Origin: Marsupella aquatica
Lineage: Eukaryota > Plantae > Marchantiophyta
Reading direction: 5' to 3'
NCBI GenBank assembly: GCA_973895155.1
Contig: OZ316894.1
Location: 2,062,457 to 2,126,456, forward strand
Length of the DNA stretch: 64,000 bases
The notes under the pieces were generated by a model. That model did not search any database. It was not told the DNA's origin and worked only from the letters and a program-made list of their open reading frames with translations. Shown one piece after another: positions 51,224-64,000 of the stretch. The position numbers and the translations under genes were made by a program. Every line of letters begins with the position of its first letter. The first letter of the stretch is position 1.

Positions 51224-54200
51224 AAGGTGCTTTGTTCCCAATTGTAGGTGCTTTGTTCCCAATTGTAGGTTGGCCTCTACATTGCAATTAGTCTGGTGTG
51301 CTATTGGTTTGGATTGCAAGGAAGTGACGGAGGAAGCCAAGGCAAATCAACTTAGGTCACTTGTACTGGACTTCTCCCAATCCTACACAAGCTGGACATG
51401 GATCCCATAACAAAATGCTTGTGTACAGTGTAATTTGGTCAGAGTTTAGACCACCTATGGACCTGTGGATCAGTTATGGAAAAATGTTAGCAATTTTTAA
51501 TTATATTGTCACTAAAGATGTGTTAATTTAGTCCTTTATGTTGGGCAAGGCTGTTTTTGGTTCTTTCGGTGTTGTGAGCGGTGTCCCCCTGCCACAGGGT
51601 CTTTCGTGGATATATTAATGAAAACACAAATTTCAAGGAAAGATATTCTAATTACAATGTTGCCATTATTTTTGTTGTATTTACAAATATACCATTTGTT
51701 TTTGTATATTTTCACCTGGTTACTTTGTTAAATTTATTGTCTTTATCCAAAACAGTGATATATTTGTCAATACAAAATCATGGCAATATTATTAATTGAA
51801 TATCTTTTGTGACAAAATAGTTAAAAGTTGAAATGTTAAACTCCTGTCTCCAATAGGAGACTTTCGTCCTGTAGGAGTGTAATACGTATTTTGGAGGTGG
51901 TATTTTGACAGGACCTCTGTCCTCTCCATTGCTTCTCATTCTGTCAGACATTATTAAAGGCATTAACCCAACCACCTTTTTTGTTGGGATACACTCAATT
52001 AAAATAGACCTATGTCAGGTACAGGAAAACACAAGTGACCTCTCACTTTTCTTCTCTCATTCGTGCAAAGTTCCCCTTAGGGTAGCTTTACAAGACGTTG
52101 GCCATTGTTTTCGTTTTATTTCTTCTTCGATTAAATCTAGACCGTATAATGAGTGGAAAATGCTCCAGGTGGCTGTAAGGACCGATGGGCCAGTTAGGTA
52201 TATGGTGTCTCCCAACTGAACTGTAGGCAAGGAGCAGGCCCAAGTAAATGCTTATGTGGAGTGCTTACTTTGTCTAGATTTTTAGACCACCTGGAGACGT
52301 GGTTCAAATACCTTCAAATTCTTTGCAAATGTGGGCTCCTTCATTCAAGGGATTTGCAATCATATTGAAGTTCATTCCAAAAGATTTTTGGTCTGGAGTC
52401 TATCTTTAGAACAAGCAATGGCTCTCCAATTTGCTTTGGTGAAAAAAGTCACAGGTGCCCCAATGTCTTCCTTAGTCACCCCACTCTAACCCCAAATATG
52501 TGCAATTTGTGATTGTGGCCCACACTAGTTGTTCTGATGATATTCAAGTGTGGGCCCTGCATTAGTGTGGCCCACACTATACTAGTTTTGGTGAGCCAGC
52601 TCAAAACAGAGTTGCTAGAAGCACAGCAACCAGCTTTATCTTGTACATGGTACAGTTATCAGCAACTAGAGCACATTATAACCCCTATTGTAATACATAT
52701 ATGGTGCTAGAAGCACAACAACCCCCACTATTTTGTTATATGGTGCAGAGTATATTGTAAGAGATATAAGGGAAGTTTGATTGGGTTACCCTCGTCCACC
52801 AAAGTCTGGACATATATTCTTCTCTTGAATTCTAGGGTCTTAGGGTTTAGGGAGCAGCCATTGGGTTAGTATTATAGGAATCTGGTCTCTTGTTTAAAAT
52901 GGGGATGCATGGGAGCTGTTTTGCCTCTGCTTTGTATATATGCATTCATTTCCAGCCTTAAAATTAACTGTAGCTTGTCATTGGGAACATCAGATGAGAT
53001 GCTCAGAGTTATGTAACTAATTTCAGAAAAGGTCTAGGATTCTCTCAAAGACCCTAGGAGATTCTGTGTGCTCTCAGCAGACCATGATGTAATCTAGTAA
53101 CTGAGAGACAAGGCTAGCTCGCATTAAAATGGGGTGCAACAATTCTCATGCCATTCAGACATGTAATGGATCCATACCTCTTCCTCATTGACACCGGCCA
53201 GGGCTATTGACTAATTTGAAGTGATGGATGTGTTGCAGTACATTGGAGAGGCACCATATTTTGATTGTGAGGCATTGAAGAGTTGGATGGTATCAAGATC
53301 TCAATTGAATCAACATTTCATTATCTGGTCATATTTTGACTACTGACTGGTAAACAACGGAGCGACACTTCTTAGGCAAACAACTAGAAAAGTGTAAAAC
53401 CAAAAGGACAATCCAAAAATAATTGAAAAAGCCATCTGTCAGATCGTGAACAATGAACAAGGGCAACTTAAATAAAAACCACGGGACAAATTTCTGTGTT
53501 CACTCACGATTTTTGCCTTGTACTATAATGCTCCAAGTGCCTTAGTCCCCTTATTTTGGGGTTTAACAGTGAAATGCATTGTCATTTCAAGTACCATTGT
53601 AGTACTAGTATGATAATAATCAAAGTTAATGAATTTAGGGTGTTTTAGGTGTATCAATCTTTGGTTGTGTTTTTCTGACTGTCTGAATGTTCTACGTACT
53701 CCTTCAACCAGATGGATTATCTAATATACTTAATTCCCTAACCCCTTCCGTAACTTAACCCTATTGCACAGATCAATTTTCCAAGGATGGATAAGAAGGC
53801 ATTACTACAATGTACATTTAAACATTGGTGTGGAGAGACATGCTCCAATTTACACGTAGATCTCCTCCAACAAACATTCAACATTGAAAGTCTTTGCATG
53901 CAATTTTGAAAGGATGACTCCACCAAGTATTTTAGATGAAAAGAGCCACGAATGCAATGTTGTAAGCCAAGGCTCAACCTTCTGCTCTTGTCTCCTCGCA
54001 TGCTTTCAAGGTTTGGGCTCCATTATGGGTCTTTGAGTTTGGTCATAAGTCATGCCTCAAATTTATTGCATTCTGGTAAACCTTCCGTTCTAAGTTTGAT
54101 CTCAGTAATGGGTCTCTCATTGAGACCATTATGATGTAAGTTTCAATGGTTAGGCACTTAGTGTTTCAATGTTTGGAATTTTCCTTTGTCTCTATGTGCT

Positions 54201-54395
54201 CTTTCAGGTTTTTCCCACATTGTATTCTCTTGTCAGTTTCTGTTCATTTGAGTTGACAATGCGGTCTATTTTACTTGAGGGTGACAGGTGTCTTTCTTAT
54301 TCAGTTCAGGCTGAGTGAGATTAGTACAGTCATTGGAACTTCATTTCCAGAGTGTTATATCTACAAATGTAGATGAGCTTTGTTAACATCTGCAG

Positions 54396-57300
54396 GTTAT
54401 AATCCATCCAAAACAGCAAAGACCAGCAAGATGGAAATCACGTTGCAAACATCTCAATCTGTCGTTGGATCTTGCACGCTCTGTTCTTTATCAAGCTCTT
54501 TGTGGCTTTGTAAAAGTTGGAGAGGTAAGAAATAAAGATCCACTCAGTTTAATAACAATTGTATTTGTTAAACAGACAGTCACAAACATGTTGTGCCAAT
54601 AACTTGCAATTAAGAAAGTTTAGTTACTTTGTTCACTGTCCATGTTTAGCACCCATAATTTAAGTTCATAACACGAAATGTACATATTGTCACTTTATGT
54701 TTTTGGGATGAATTCATTTGTGCTGGTAATAACTAGAGAGCAATGGGTCCTCCTGTAGGAGAATGTTGAAGCACCTCACTAGATCAATATTTGTCTGGAC
54801 TCATTGATCGTCTGGGTGTGGGCCTGTTGTGTGAACTTTTTTTGTTATTGTTGATCACTTGTCAGTAAATAGCACTTTCTCAAATGAAGAATAGTTTCAA
54901 AATGATCTCTGATGTTTGCAACCTTGTTGTAAGTAAGATTGGAGCTCTTCATGCGGCAACACAAGACATGTCCAGATACTGGTTGGAAGGTAGGAATCAA
55001 ATATGAAGCTGTCATGCCTTGGCTGATCACAATCCATACTTGTAGCATGATACTCTGAACAGTTTGTTCAAGGTTATTGCTTTGACTGAGTAAATTGGTG
55101 TGATATCATTAAACTGAACTCTTTGTGTATATGTACTGCAGGGCAACAAAAGAAGAGATGTTTAAAAACTGTGGTAATGAGCTCTGCTGCTGGTTTACTT
55201 GAGACTGTGTTGCTGGCAAAAATTAGAGTGCAAGTCCAAGAGCCAAAACAAGGAAATATGTTGCAATTGACTACCTTAAAGATTCACACTCCCCTTCAAT
55301 GGTCCATTCCACCACAAAACTAGCAGCCACATAACTGGGAATATCCAGCCAAGCTCCAAATCAAGCAGTGTGAGCTGTTAGTTTTTAGTGATTGAGGCAA
55401 GCAAACAACAATTTTAAAACTAGATCCTTAATATTGCAAACATGCATGCCAACTCTCACCCACTCTAAGTGACTCTGACACTTTTACTGTACTTTGTTGA
55501 TCGATTTAATTAATTTTTTGTTGAATGATCTATTCTGGATCTGTGCAAGCCGTTACCTTTGACCCCAATTATCTAGAGTCATTTGATTTCACAACAGCTT
55601 TCACTTCTTTTCAAAGCCTGTGGTCAATGTTTAATATTTAACAATCAGTTGGGAACAAACAGAAGCTCCAATCAAAATGACGCTTTCAGATAATACTTAA
55701 ATATTATCAAATAATTTATGGACACAAAGGTCAATCATGGCTGACATATGTCGAGACCAACTTGGTTTACAAAACTAAGTAAATGAGGAAGGCAGATATG
55801 GGACTGGTACATGGATGTGATCATGGATTCAATGTTGGCTTGCAGGAGTTTCAAATGTTAAGGTTTGAGTGCGTTGACCAAGAATTGGTGGCAGGGAAAT
55901 GCTGGAAGAAAATGGTGATTATATGAGAATTCAACTCTTGTAATCATGTTTGCATTCTCTTGGACGGGGATTCTAGTTGGATTTAAAAAGAGACTCTTAA
56001 TCATGTTGACCTTGTAAGCTAGATATAGATTTGGAGCCAAATTACACAATTCTATGAGTAGATTTTCCATGTCACTGAGAATGGGACAAAGTGCTTATAA
56101 TGACCCTTGAAAATGGCTATTCTTCACACACTCTCCGAGGTGATGGTAAAGATAGTAGTCATAAGCACACTTTTGCCTCTAGTTGTTTCTCCAAAACATG
56201 CAGTTCCAAATCAACAGTGCCATTCTCAGTGTCATGAATGGGTTTCCCCGAATCTAGGCTGCATCAAGTTGGGCGGCTGCCTAGCCCTGCCCTTCCTCTG
56301 ACAATTTTAAAAAAAGTTTTTCTTGGATTTATTTCTGGTTAAGTAGTGCTTTGCAAATCTATTTTTGTTTGTATCTTGTTCCAAAATAGCCATAGCTTTT
56401 CAATAGGTTTGGAAGGCTGATTATGTTAATTGGCAGGCTTCACGAGCTGGAAAGGAGGCTTTTCAATGGGGTAATTTCTCAAACTAAAGACTAACTCAAC
56501 CTGAAATTCATTGTTATAGGAAAGGAGCTCTCCTTAGAAAAGATTCATTAATTACCCCAACTACTGCATCGGTTTCTATTAATGGGGAAACCCTGCCCTG
56601 GAATTTCAGCCATGCATAAAATCCCCAGGTAAGCAATGGAACCCACACTTTATTAGAAAGAAATTACAAACAGGCCTGTGGGCGGAGAGCATACAAGGAA
56701 TGACTCTCATTGTTATATGCAAGAGATATTCAGAACAAAAGGCAGTCTTGAGACTAATCAATATGGATTAGCATTGATTAGGCCATGCGGTAAGAAGCAC
56801 TGCCCACTGCCTGCCTGTGATTGACCCCAGTATTAGCTTGAATAGTTGGCGCAAGGGCAGCCCACAGCAGGTCAGTGAGGCAGAACAGGTTTAATTTGGG
56901 CTTGAATCCTACTGGTGCAATTTCTCTTTTAACATTCATCTCTCCCCAAAATGGGGTTCATTCACCACCTAGTGATACTTAAGCAAAATTTGGAGACAGC
57001 AAGCACAGACAGCCGAGAGAGGGCAGGGGCACTCTAAAAGAAGCTCACAAGATCTAAAAAACTTAGTTCACTCTATTTATTATAAGTTTTTTTTATAAAG
57101 TGGAAATCTGTGAACAGTCAATCTCAACTCAAGTGAACTATCACTTTATTGTAAGTTAAATCGACTCACATTAAAAGCAACTGTCAGTATTAAAAGATAT
57201 AAATATTATTCTAGGTCCCATTACATCCCATGCATGTGTAGGTGGACAAACCAATGAAGTGCAACTTAATTTATTTAATGAGAGGAAGACAGAACTTTTG

Positions 57301-59037
57301 GGGAACTCACACTGAAATATGCTGAGCTCTGAATCCTGGATGAGCTGCAACTTACACCTCCAAACAAAATTCCATGATGACAAACGCAAGGCCTTGTGAT
57401 ATCCAATCATGAGCCTTATGACTTCTCTCTGGCAATCTCTCGAGGGCATTTACCTTGGCACCGAACAAACTCAGACAACCTTGCCAACTGCATGGTCTTG
57501 AATTTTGAAGATTTTGTTCCACCATGGTTCATAAGCATGCTTGAGGGATTTGATATGAAGCAAAAATTCTGAATTGAACCACTTGACAGAAAAACAATGG
57601 ACATTGAATGTTTAGGACCTAAATGTGCATGACCTTCAGTGATAAGTTTCTTCATTCCGCTTCCTCAACTATGTATTCCATGTTTATGCCAAGTTGGGGT
57701 TTGATCTTGCCTAGGGAATCCATTGCAATTGCTGGTGACAACAGTTAGTCTTCCTTCAGTGTCATTTCTCAAGGAGATATATTAGTGTCATTCAAGCACA
57801 CAACAAGAAATTGTGAGAGTGTACTATGGAGAGTGACTCCAAATTAGTGCGAGTGATAAAATATTCTGGAAGCACTGGATTTTACCGTAACTGAATTAGT
57901 GCAAGGGGCGCACTAAAGCAGGAGTGGCATGTTTATGCTTGTGTTGATGGTGGCATTCTTCTTTGCCATTTCTACTGACCTTCATTGCTCATCTATGATA
58001 GGCTTCGCTGGCGGAGTGTATTCGGGAATGACCTACGGCATACAAGAGATCTGTGGTGTCCATGATTGGGTAAGAGTTCTATAATGGATGTGGGAATGGA
58101 TGCTTTTATGTTTAAGCTTGCACATTCACAGCATATCCCTCTTGGTTTGAGGACTAATTTCTTGACAAGGTCAAAAGAATCTCAAATTCCCGGGATTGAG
58201 TGTTGAGTTAAAAAATGTAGTTTGTTTGGTGTGCGGGCTCTACTTCGTTCCTTCCTTCGTTCCTTCCTTCAGTCTGACGGTTTGTCGTCGGTCTGTAGAA
58301 ATACGGGGGACCCAGGAAAACAGAGGGTGCAATGGTTATTGTGTCGGGACTAATATAGCATATGTGACAAGACATAAGACTCACAAGGGGCTACAAGCTT
58401 AAGTTTGATTACATAGTATATGTGAGAAGGTATAATGTTTACATAAGGCAAACTTGAATATCAAAATTAGTAGACATTTAATTTTTGGAATAGTCCTGGA
58501 TGTATGTACACCCTTTTGGCAATGTCTAAATATACCCTCCATTGGCATACTAAACGTGAACACCTTTACTGTATACAAACCTGGCATAAATTTAACATTT
58601 AGAGGGGCATACAGTTGAGGACATAACTTAAATATCACCAAATAGATATAAATTTTGCCTCTTTGAAACTCTTCATTGTTTAGTGATGTGGTTTTCTTGA
58701 CTCGAACACTGCATGCTGTTAGTGTTATTCATTCTGATGGGAGACCAAGAATGTGAAATTGTTGGTCATTTGAAGAATGTGAAGACGAGGATTTGATTGA
58801 AGCAAATACTTCGATGCCATTCTACTTACTCATATTTTTTCTTTTGACAACACGTCTGGACTGTACATTCAAGGCTAGCAGAAGAACGCCTTTGTTGGTG
58901 GAGCTCTAACGGGAGCTGCATTGTCGCTGACTCGAGGGAAAACCTCCATGGATTATCTTGTACAAGGAGCTGTCACTGGTGGGGCAGTTGCCATGGCTGC
59001 TGAGATTTTGAGTAGGGTTCCACTCCATAGGCGATAG
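54396..59037 (+). CDS. Chloroplast outer envelope pore protein OEP16-like (Tim17/Tim22/Tim23/PRAT family); exons 54396-54524, 54938-54989, 55142-55173, 56437-56470, 58002-58069, 58882-59037; start codon not located
   Basis: Spliced translation ..HLNLSLDLARSVLYQALCGFVKVGE/IGALHAATQDMSRYWLEG/QQKKRCLKTV/ASRAGKEAFQWG/FAGGVYSGMTYGIQEICGVHDW/KNAFVGGALTGAALSLTRGKTSMDYLVQGAVTGGAVAMAAEILSRVPLHRR* matches the OEP16 pattern (DLG.P.LN...F.K.G; GKE..QWG.A.G.YSG.TYG..E.RG.HDW.N..V.GALTGAA). All junctions are GT-AG and in phase. Missed by the ORF track because the exons are short. Confidence 0.88.
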
Positions 59038-62000
59038 TGAGGTTGGCACTTCACTAGAAAGATATTTAGATTTGTAGCAGAATCGAACGTGATGGACTTT
59101 TTGCCCTCGCATAATTTGTTTGGATTGTGACTGTCTACAGTTGTAACAGGTATCAGAATTGCTGTGAAAGCTTACATTGCAAAATTCCTAGCACACGGGA
59201 AACACATCTCCTTGGTGCTCTGTTCCACTATCATCGTTTCTTCTTTCTACATCTTCGAAGGTGAAAGATCTATTTCATGCATTCGTTGTAAGGTGGAATG
59301 GTTTTCTACATTGTGCTTGGCATCGCATCTTTCTTACACTCCACCATTTTCTTTGCCATTTCATGCATTGCCAACGGTGCCAGTGTCATTCTTTCATCCG
59401 GTCTTCGTGGGCCTGAGTGGCATCCACATTGTCTTGTTCATTCATGCTTGTCTAGGATGGTATAGATGTGCTGTAAGGATTGTTAGTGGCTCCGTGTAGC
59501 CTTCTACAACGCACGGGGCTCCGTTCGTAGTCTTTCCATGATGGCGTACTGTCATCTTTGGCTTGATTATCTATGGTCAATTGATGACCTTTTTGTGTTG
59601 TTAAGCTGTTGTTAAGCTTCCGTGTTTAGAGTAAACAGGAAAACATACTGCATGCAATGAACTTTCATGACTTTCATGCCTTGACTGTTAAGAAATGTTA
59701 GGCTTTGGGATTTATTTAGATCTCCATTAAACTACTCCAGCGTTCCAGGGATGTGGGACATTTGAGAGATGCAACGCGAATCTACAGCAAAGTTCTTCCT
59801 CTTGACTGCGAAGCACTCGAACTTCCACTTGCTGTGGATGAGCACATGCACGGGCTAGAATCTGCAAGCAAGACTGTCAAATGGATTGATCGGGTGCGCT
59901 TTCCACTAAACGGACGCGTGCCCTGCCCCCGAGAGCTATTTTAACATCTATCCCGACTCCAAAGGGACTACAGGACCCAATTTCATGTCCATAATTTAAT
60001 TGTCGAGTATTGCAGATGACCATCATTTTTATCAAACCGTGTAATTTTACATTACTGTAGATCAATGCAGTCGTAATAACTTGCCTCAATTCCATTATAA
60101 CTGGTAGAGAGTCGACAGTAGCTAGGTTTTCTTAATTTGTTACAATCCTCAGACATGGTGCTGGTTAGAAATGTGTGTTGGTCATTACGAAGAGTTTGTA
60201 TCAGCCCTGTAAGATAGGGAAAAGAACCTGCGAAACCCTCATCATTCATAAACTCAGTGGATGAGCTGGTAGGTTGAGCCACTGTTCAAGAGGGATTCTG
60301 CAGAAATCCCGGACGGACCACATCAAGGCAAGAAATTCAGGAGTAACAGGAAACGGCAATACAAGACAAATCACGTTATCAGACACGACATAAACTGATC
60401 ATCCTCGCAGGAAGGTAGAAAGAAACACAAATTATGACTTCATAAATCTGCAGTCCACAATTTTCTGCCACTTTGGACCCAGTAAAAAATCTACTCTGAA
60501 TCCCCATACTATTCATTGCCATCCCCAAGGTGGAGATGTTCTTCTCATGAGCTCCAGTCCCATGGAGAAGAGGATCAACAAAATCCCGAGAAGATGTACA
60601 AAATATGAAAGGAGGCGGTGGTCTTTTCCCCAGGTTCGAATATCAGCAGAGAAATCTGTTCTCTACACTGAACAATTGTCGAGCGATACTAACCTCCAGG
60701 TACAATCGACCTAGTATGCAACTTTTATCGACACTGGCTTCATTAAGCTGAACTTCTTCAGCTTCAGTAATACTTCTTGCTATTGCCAGGAGAAAAGACC
60801 ACTTGTCGGAGGGCCCCTAAGTGAACAAGAAAAGGGCCAAACAAACATTACAGTGGAGTAAAACCAAAAGAGATCTAGTGAGGACAAACACAAAACTCAA
60901 AAGAAGAGGGCACATGCAAACCCCAGAAATCTAGAAAGAAGAAAAACTAAAAACTAAACTCTATCGATATAATAATAGTCTACACTTTGAACTTCGGTCA
61001 ATTGAGGTTTGAAGCCTTGAGATTGACAGTGTCTACCCCGGCTGGAGAGATCCAAACGAGAGGAAGAGCAAAAGTCTACAGTAGAAATGTAGCATTCAGT
61101 CGTTGTAGGCGAAGAGACAACCTCCACATGACTAAAATGTATCGGGCTACTGTTGGACTCACGAGAATCGCTTTGATTGAGAAAGGAGATCGAGGAACTC
61201 ACAGAAGACGACGCTTCATCGAGAGATTGGAATCATAGGGGCTCTAAAGGGATCTTCCCTGGAGGATCCCGCCACTGCGGCCACTCACTCATGAGGTCTG
61301 GGATCCTTCTGATCTGGTGGCGATATCGCGCGACCCCTCAAACCCAGACTTTCCGACCGACGTCGTGTGGAGCTGATGCATGGTCGAAGGAGGTGTTTTG
61401 GCGAAAATGTTGGCAGCAAAGTGAGGGGTTCAAGAGTCCATTTCAATGGGGACTCCTCGACAAAACCTCCATCCATTTGATTCACCTCGAGAGGAATTGA
61501 TCCGCTACCTAGGCACGAAGTAGGTTCCCCACTGAACCCCAAGTAGTACTCATACTCTCATTACTCCATCTTATTCTAAAATGTTCAAAATTCCCAAAAT
61601 CAAGTTTAGTACCGCAGGATGCTGAGGGGTAGTGGACATTCAATCCGTTGGATTCATAACAGTTGGTAAGCGGTGTTGCGCTTTTATATGTAGGTATGGC
61701 AGTCATCTGATTCTTTTCCTTGACGCTTGGCCCTTTTGAAGAATAGTTGAATGGGCAATGCGTATGTTTATAATTTTCTGCAATAATGCATAGCATGCTT
61801 TTGAAAACACTTGTTGCTGGTATTTTCAAGGCTAGCCATTGTTGGAGCTCTGACTGGAGCTCCAGCGTCCTGACAGGCCTCCATTGAGTTCGTTGCACAA
61901 GAAGCAATCAAAGACAGGACTGCTGGCCTGGCGGCTGAAATTGCGGAGACTGCATTGGCGACACTCGGCAATACACCATACATTTTATGAAACCTTTCAG

Positions 62001-62897
62001 TGAACAGGCGTAGCGGTTGTCTACAACAGATAGTTAGGAACTCACTATTCTTTGTCTACGTTGGAAGCGATTGAGCGCTGATCCCAGAAGAAGTCTAAAT
62101 TCCACATGCAGAGTTGCTGCTTCTGACATTTCCAACTTGTCAGTCATTCACATTATTTGTACGCCTGAGAACCTTCCACATGCTTGTGCCGGGCTCATTC
62201 ATGCTTTCCCATCGTTCTTTTCCGTCGTGTTGATGTCATTGTTTGTCTTCCAGTGAATTATCATTGTGAGATGCTTTAGTTTCTCGGAATCCTTTAGTGA
62301 TTGTGGATGATTGAGCTCTGCGTTGTGTCCTGGTTTGTCTCTATTAATGATTATTATTTACGAAATGGGTTGCTGTCTAGTACAACCAAGATCAAAGTCA
62401 AATTGCCCGTAGTGTAGTATGACTACCGAACGACCTATGCTACATATATTGGAAGCACCTACGATAGCTCTCTACCATAACAGCTAGACCTACGTTGAAT
62501 GTTTCGAAGCGATCCAGGAAACCTTTTCAAACACTCCAGCGTGAAATAAAGTATTGCAGGGCTTTGCATGGAGATCCTGCAGCACAACATGCAGGATGGC
62601 CATGCTCTGGCCGGTTCTAGACACCACAGAATAATTCAGCACAACATGTAGACTATATAGTACTTGAGGAAGAGGACCCTGGAATGCTATTATGTGTTAG
62701 AACGTACGGCAACGAGGGTCGTAACACGGATTCCATCGCCAATGTAGTCTGCAGCCTACTTCCAGGACTGTGGAGGATAAATTATTTGACGGCCGCAGCC
62801 TTGTTTCGAATTGGGAATTCGCTTCCTGGTACTCTAATCTCTTCGTCGGAGTGAATCTCAACTCTGATTGCGCACCCTCGTAACACTATTTCCATCA

Positions 62898-63003
62898 ATT
62901 CTTTTCATTCACAAATCGGTGAACTGTCAAAAGCAATTGGCATGACTTGTATTCTTTTCATTCACAAATCGGTGAACTGTAAAAAGCAATTGGCATGACT
63001 TGT
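62898..63003. repeat. 53-bp tandem duplication
   Basis: attcttttcattcacaaatcggtgaactgt(c/a)aaaagcaattggcatgacttgt twice. Confidence 0.95.
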
Positions 63004-63122
63004 CCCCCCGCTTGCCCTCTGTAACTGCGGAGAGGATCGACATCTCTTTGAATGGGTTACATTTCAGGTGTTTGTTTCGGAAGCGTGTTCGTCATTGGGT
63101 TAGGTTCTGTAGTGGAACAAGA

Positions 63123-63272
63123 GAAAACCAAATGCTATCCCAGAACGACGGAATCCCACCCCACTCTACACGAGGAATTATGCTACAGTCAGAGAGGAAA
63201 ACCAAATGCTATCCCAGAACGACGGAATCCCACCCCACTCTACACGAGGAATTATGCTACAGTCAGAGAGGA
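63123..63272. repeat. Perfect 74-bp tandem duplication
   Basis: gaaaaccaaatgctatcccagaacgacggaatcccaccccactctacacgaggaattatgctacagtcagagag twice. Confidence 0.95.
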
Positions 63273-64000
63273 GCTCATACCACAGGTACATGTAGCACCA
63301 CCTTTCACTTCTGATGAAAGTAGACATGCTGAAAATGAAGCATTCCACGGAATGTCATCAAGGCGAACACTTCTAGACGACCCAATAGAATGCAAGACAT
63401 ACGCTTCACTTTATCAGAGATGCCACAAAATCATGGTCGTCACAGGCAGGTTGAAAAACAGCGAAGGAATTCATAAATGTTGACAGTCTAAAATTACCTG
63501 CCACGTTCATCACCTAATAAAATCTACAGTAAATTCCTATACTATTCATTGTCATCCATAGGGTGGAGACATCCTTTCTATCACCTCCAACCGGATGGAG
63601 AAGAGAATGAATTGAGATTGCGTCCCTTGTGTGCCAGTAGTAGCTTGGAGATCCCCAATACTGACAATTGAGGGGAATTTGGACAGATTTACATTGACGC
63701 TAAAGATGCCTGAATTCTGAGAACTTTAATTAAATAAAGGGCCAGCCTCAGTTGCAGAACGTAACGAGGAGCGCTAGCAGTTGTGCTTGACAGCATCACC
63801 GAAGAAGAGATTCTCATACAGATCTTCAGCACAGCTCACGATCTGTAACTGTAGGGCTTCCCTTGCAGCTCCCGGTGGACTCCTTCTGGTCTCCAATTCG
63901 AAGATATCAGCCAGAACGATTCATCGCTGGCAAGATCTATTTTCAGCAGCAAAGACCTAAACGTAGCTACTAGACTTTGATGTGCTCTTCGAAGACCTCC

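Larger units (their letters stand above)
60350..63610 (+). pseudogene. Pair of diverged paralogous, coding-like decayed segments (about 60350-60580 and 63390-63610) of unknown family
   Basis: aaaatctactctgaatccccatactattcattgccatccccaaggtggagatgttctt..atggagaagag vs aaaatctacagtaaattcctatactattcattgtcatccatagggtggagacatcctt..atggagaagag. In one + frame: STLNPHTIHCHPQGGDVLLMSSSPMEKRIN vs STVNSYTIHCHP*GGDILSITSNRMEKRMN, with several third-position changes and in-frame stops. Confidence 0.4.

Noticed and set aside
58930-58950. Suspected frameshift in the last OEP16 exon
   Set aside because: On recount the sequence is ggg aaa acc tcc atg; the frame is intact to TAG at 59035-59037.
59753-59944. 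LELPLAV...W resembling the NB-ARC GLPL motif
   Set aside because: No P-loop, kinase-2, MHD or LRR motifs found nearby; the similarity is too short to support an NLR call.

Overview
Eukaryotic land-plant genomic DNA (GT-AG introns; plant-specific FPF1, OEP16 and CW+MBD genes). The gene spacing and CpG-depleted, TE-derived intergenic DNA look bryophyte-like, but that is inference and no species is assigned. Seven protein-coding genes can be supported: an intronless ~543-aa orphan Ser/Pro/Arg-rich protein with Cys/His clusters (4996-6627 +), an FPF1-like protein (9000-9284 +), ribosomal protein S15a/uS8 (16540-17387 +, 3 exons), a fungal-looking classical SDR oxidoreductase (21338-19714 -, 2 exons), a SAP-like-domain protein with three F-x-T-P-x-W-S repeats (28421-29612 +, 2 exons), a CW-zinc-finger/MBD protein (35973-33741 -, 3 coding exons) and an OEP16/Tim17-family gene (54396-59037 +, 6 exons, start codon unresolved). 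Intergenic DNA holds two related solo LTRs with 5-bp target-site duplications, a tRNA-derived SINE-like head, a degenerate pogo-like DDE transposon, a probable non-autonomous Helitron family, MITE-like inverted-repeat elements, LINE remnants, minisatellites and many two-copy tandem duplications. There is no CRISPR array, rRNA or intact tRNA. I see no clear multi-gene novel system; the best leads are the orphan Cys/His protein, the putative horizontally acquired SDR, the FxTP-repeat protein and the unresolved 5' end of the OEP16 gene.
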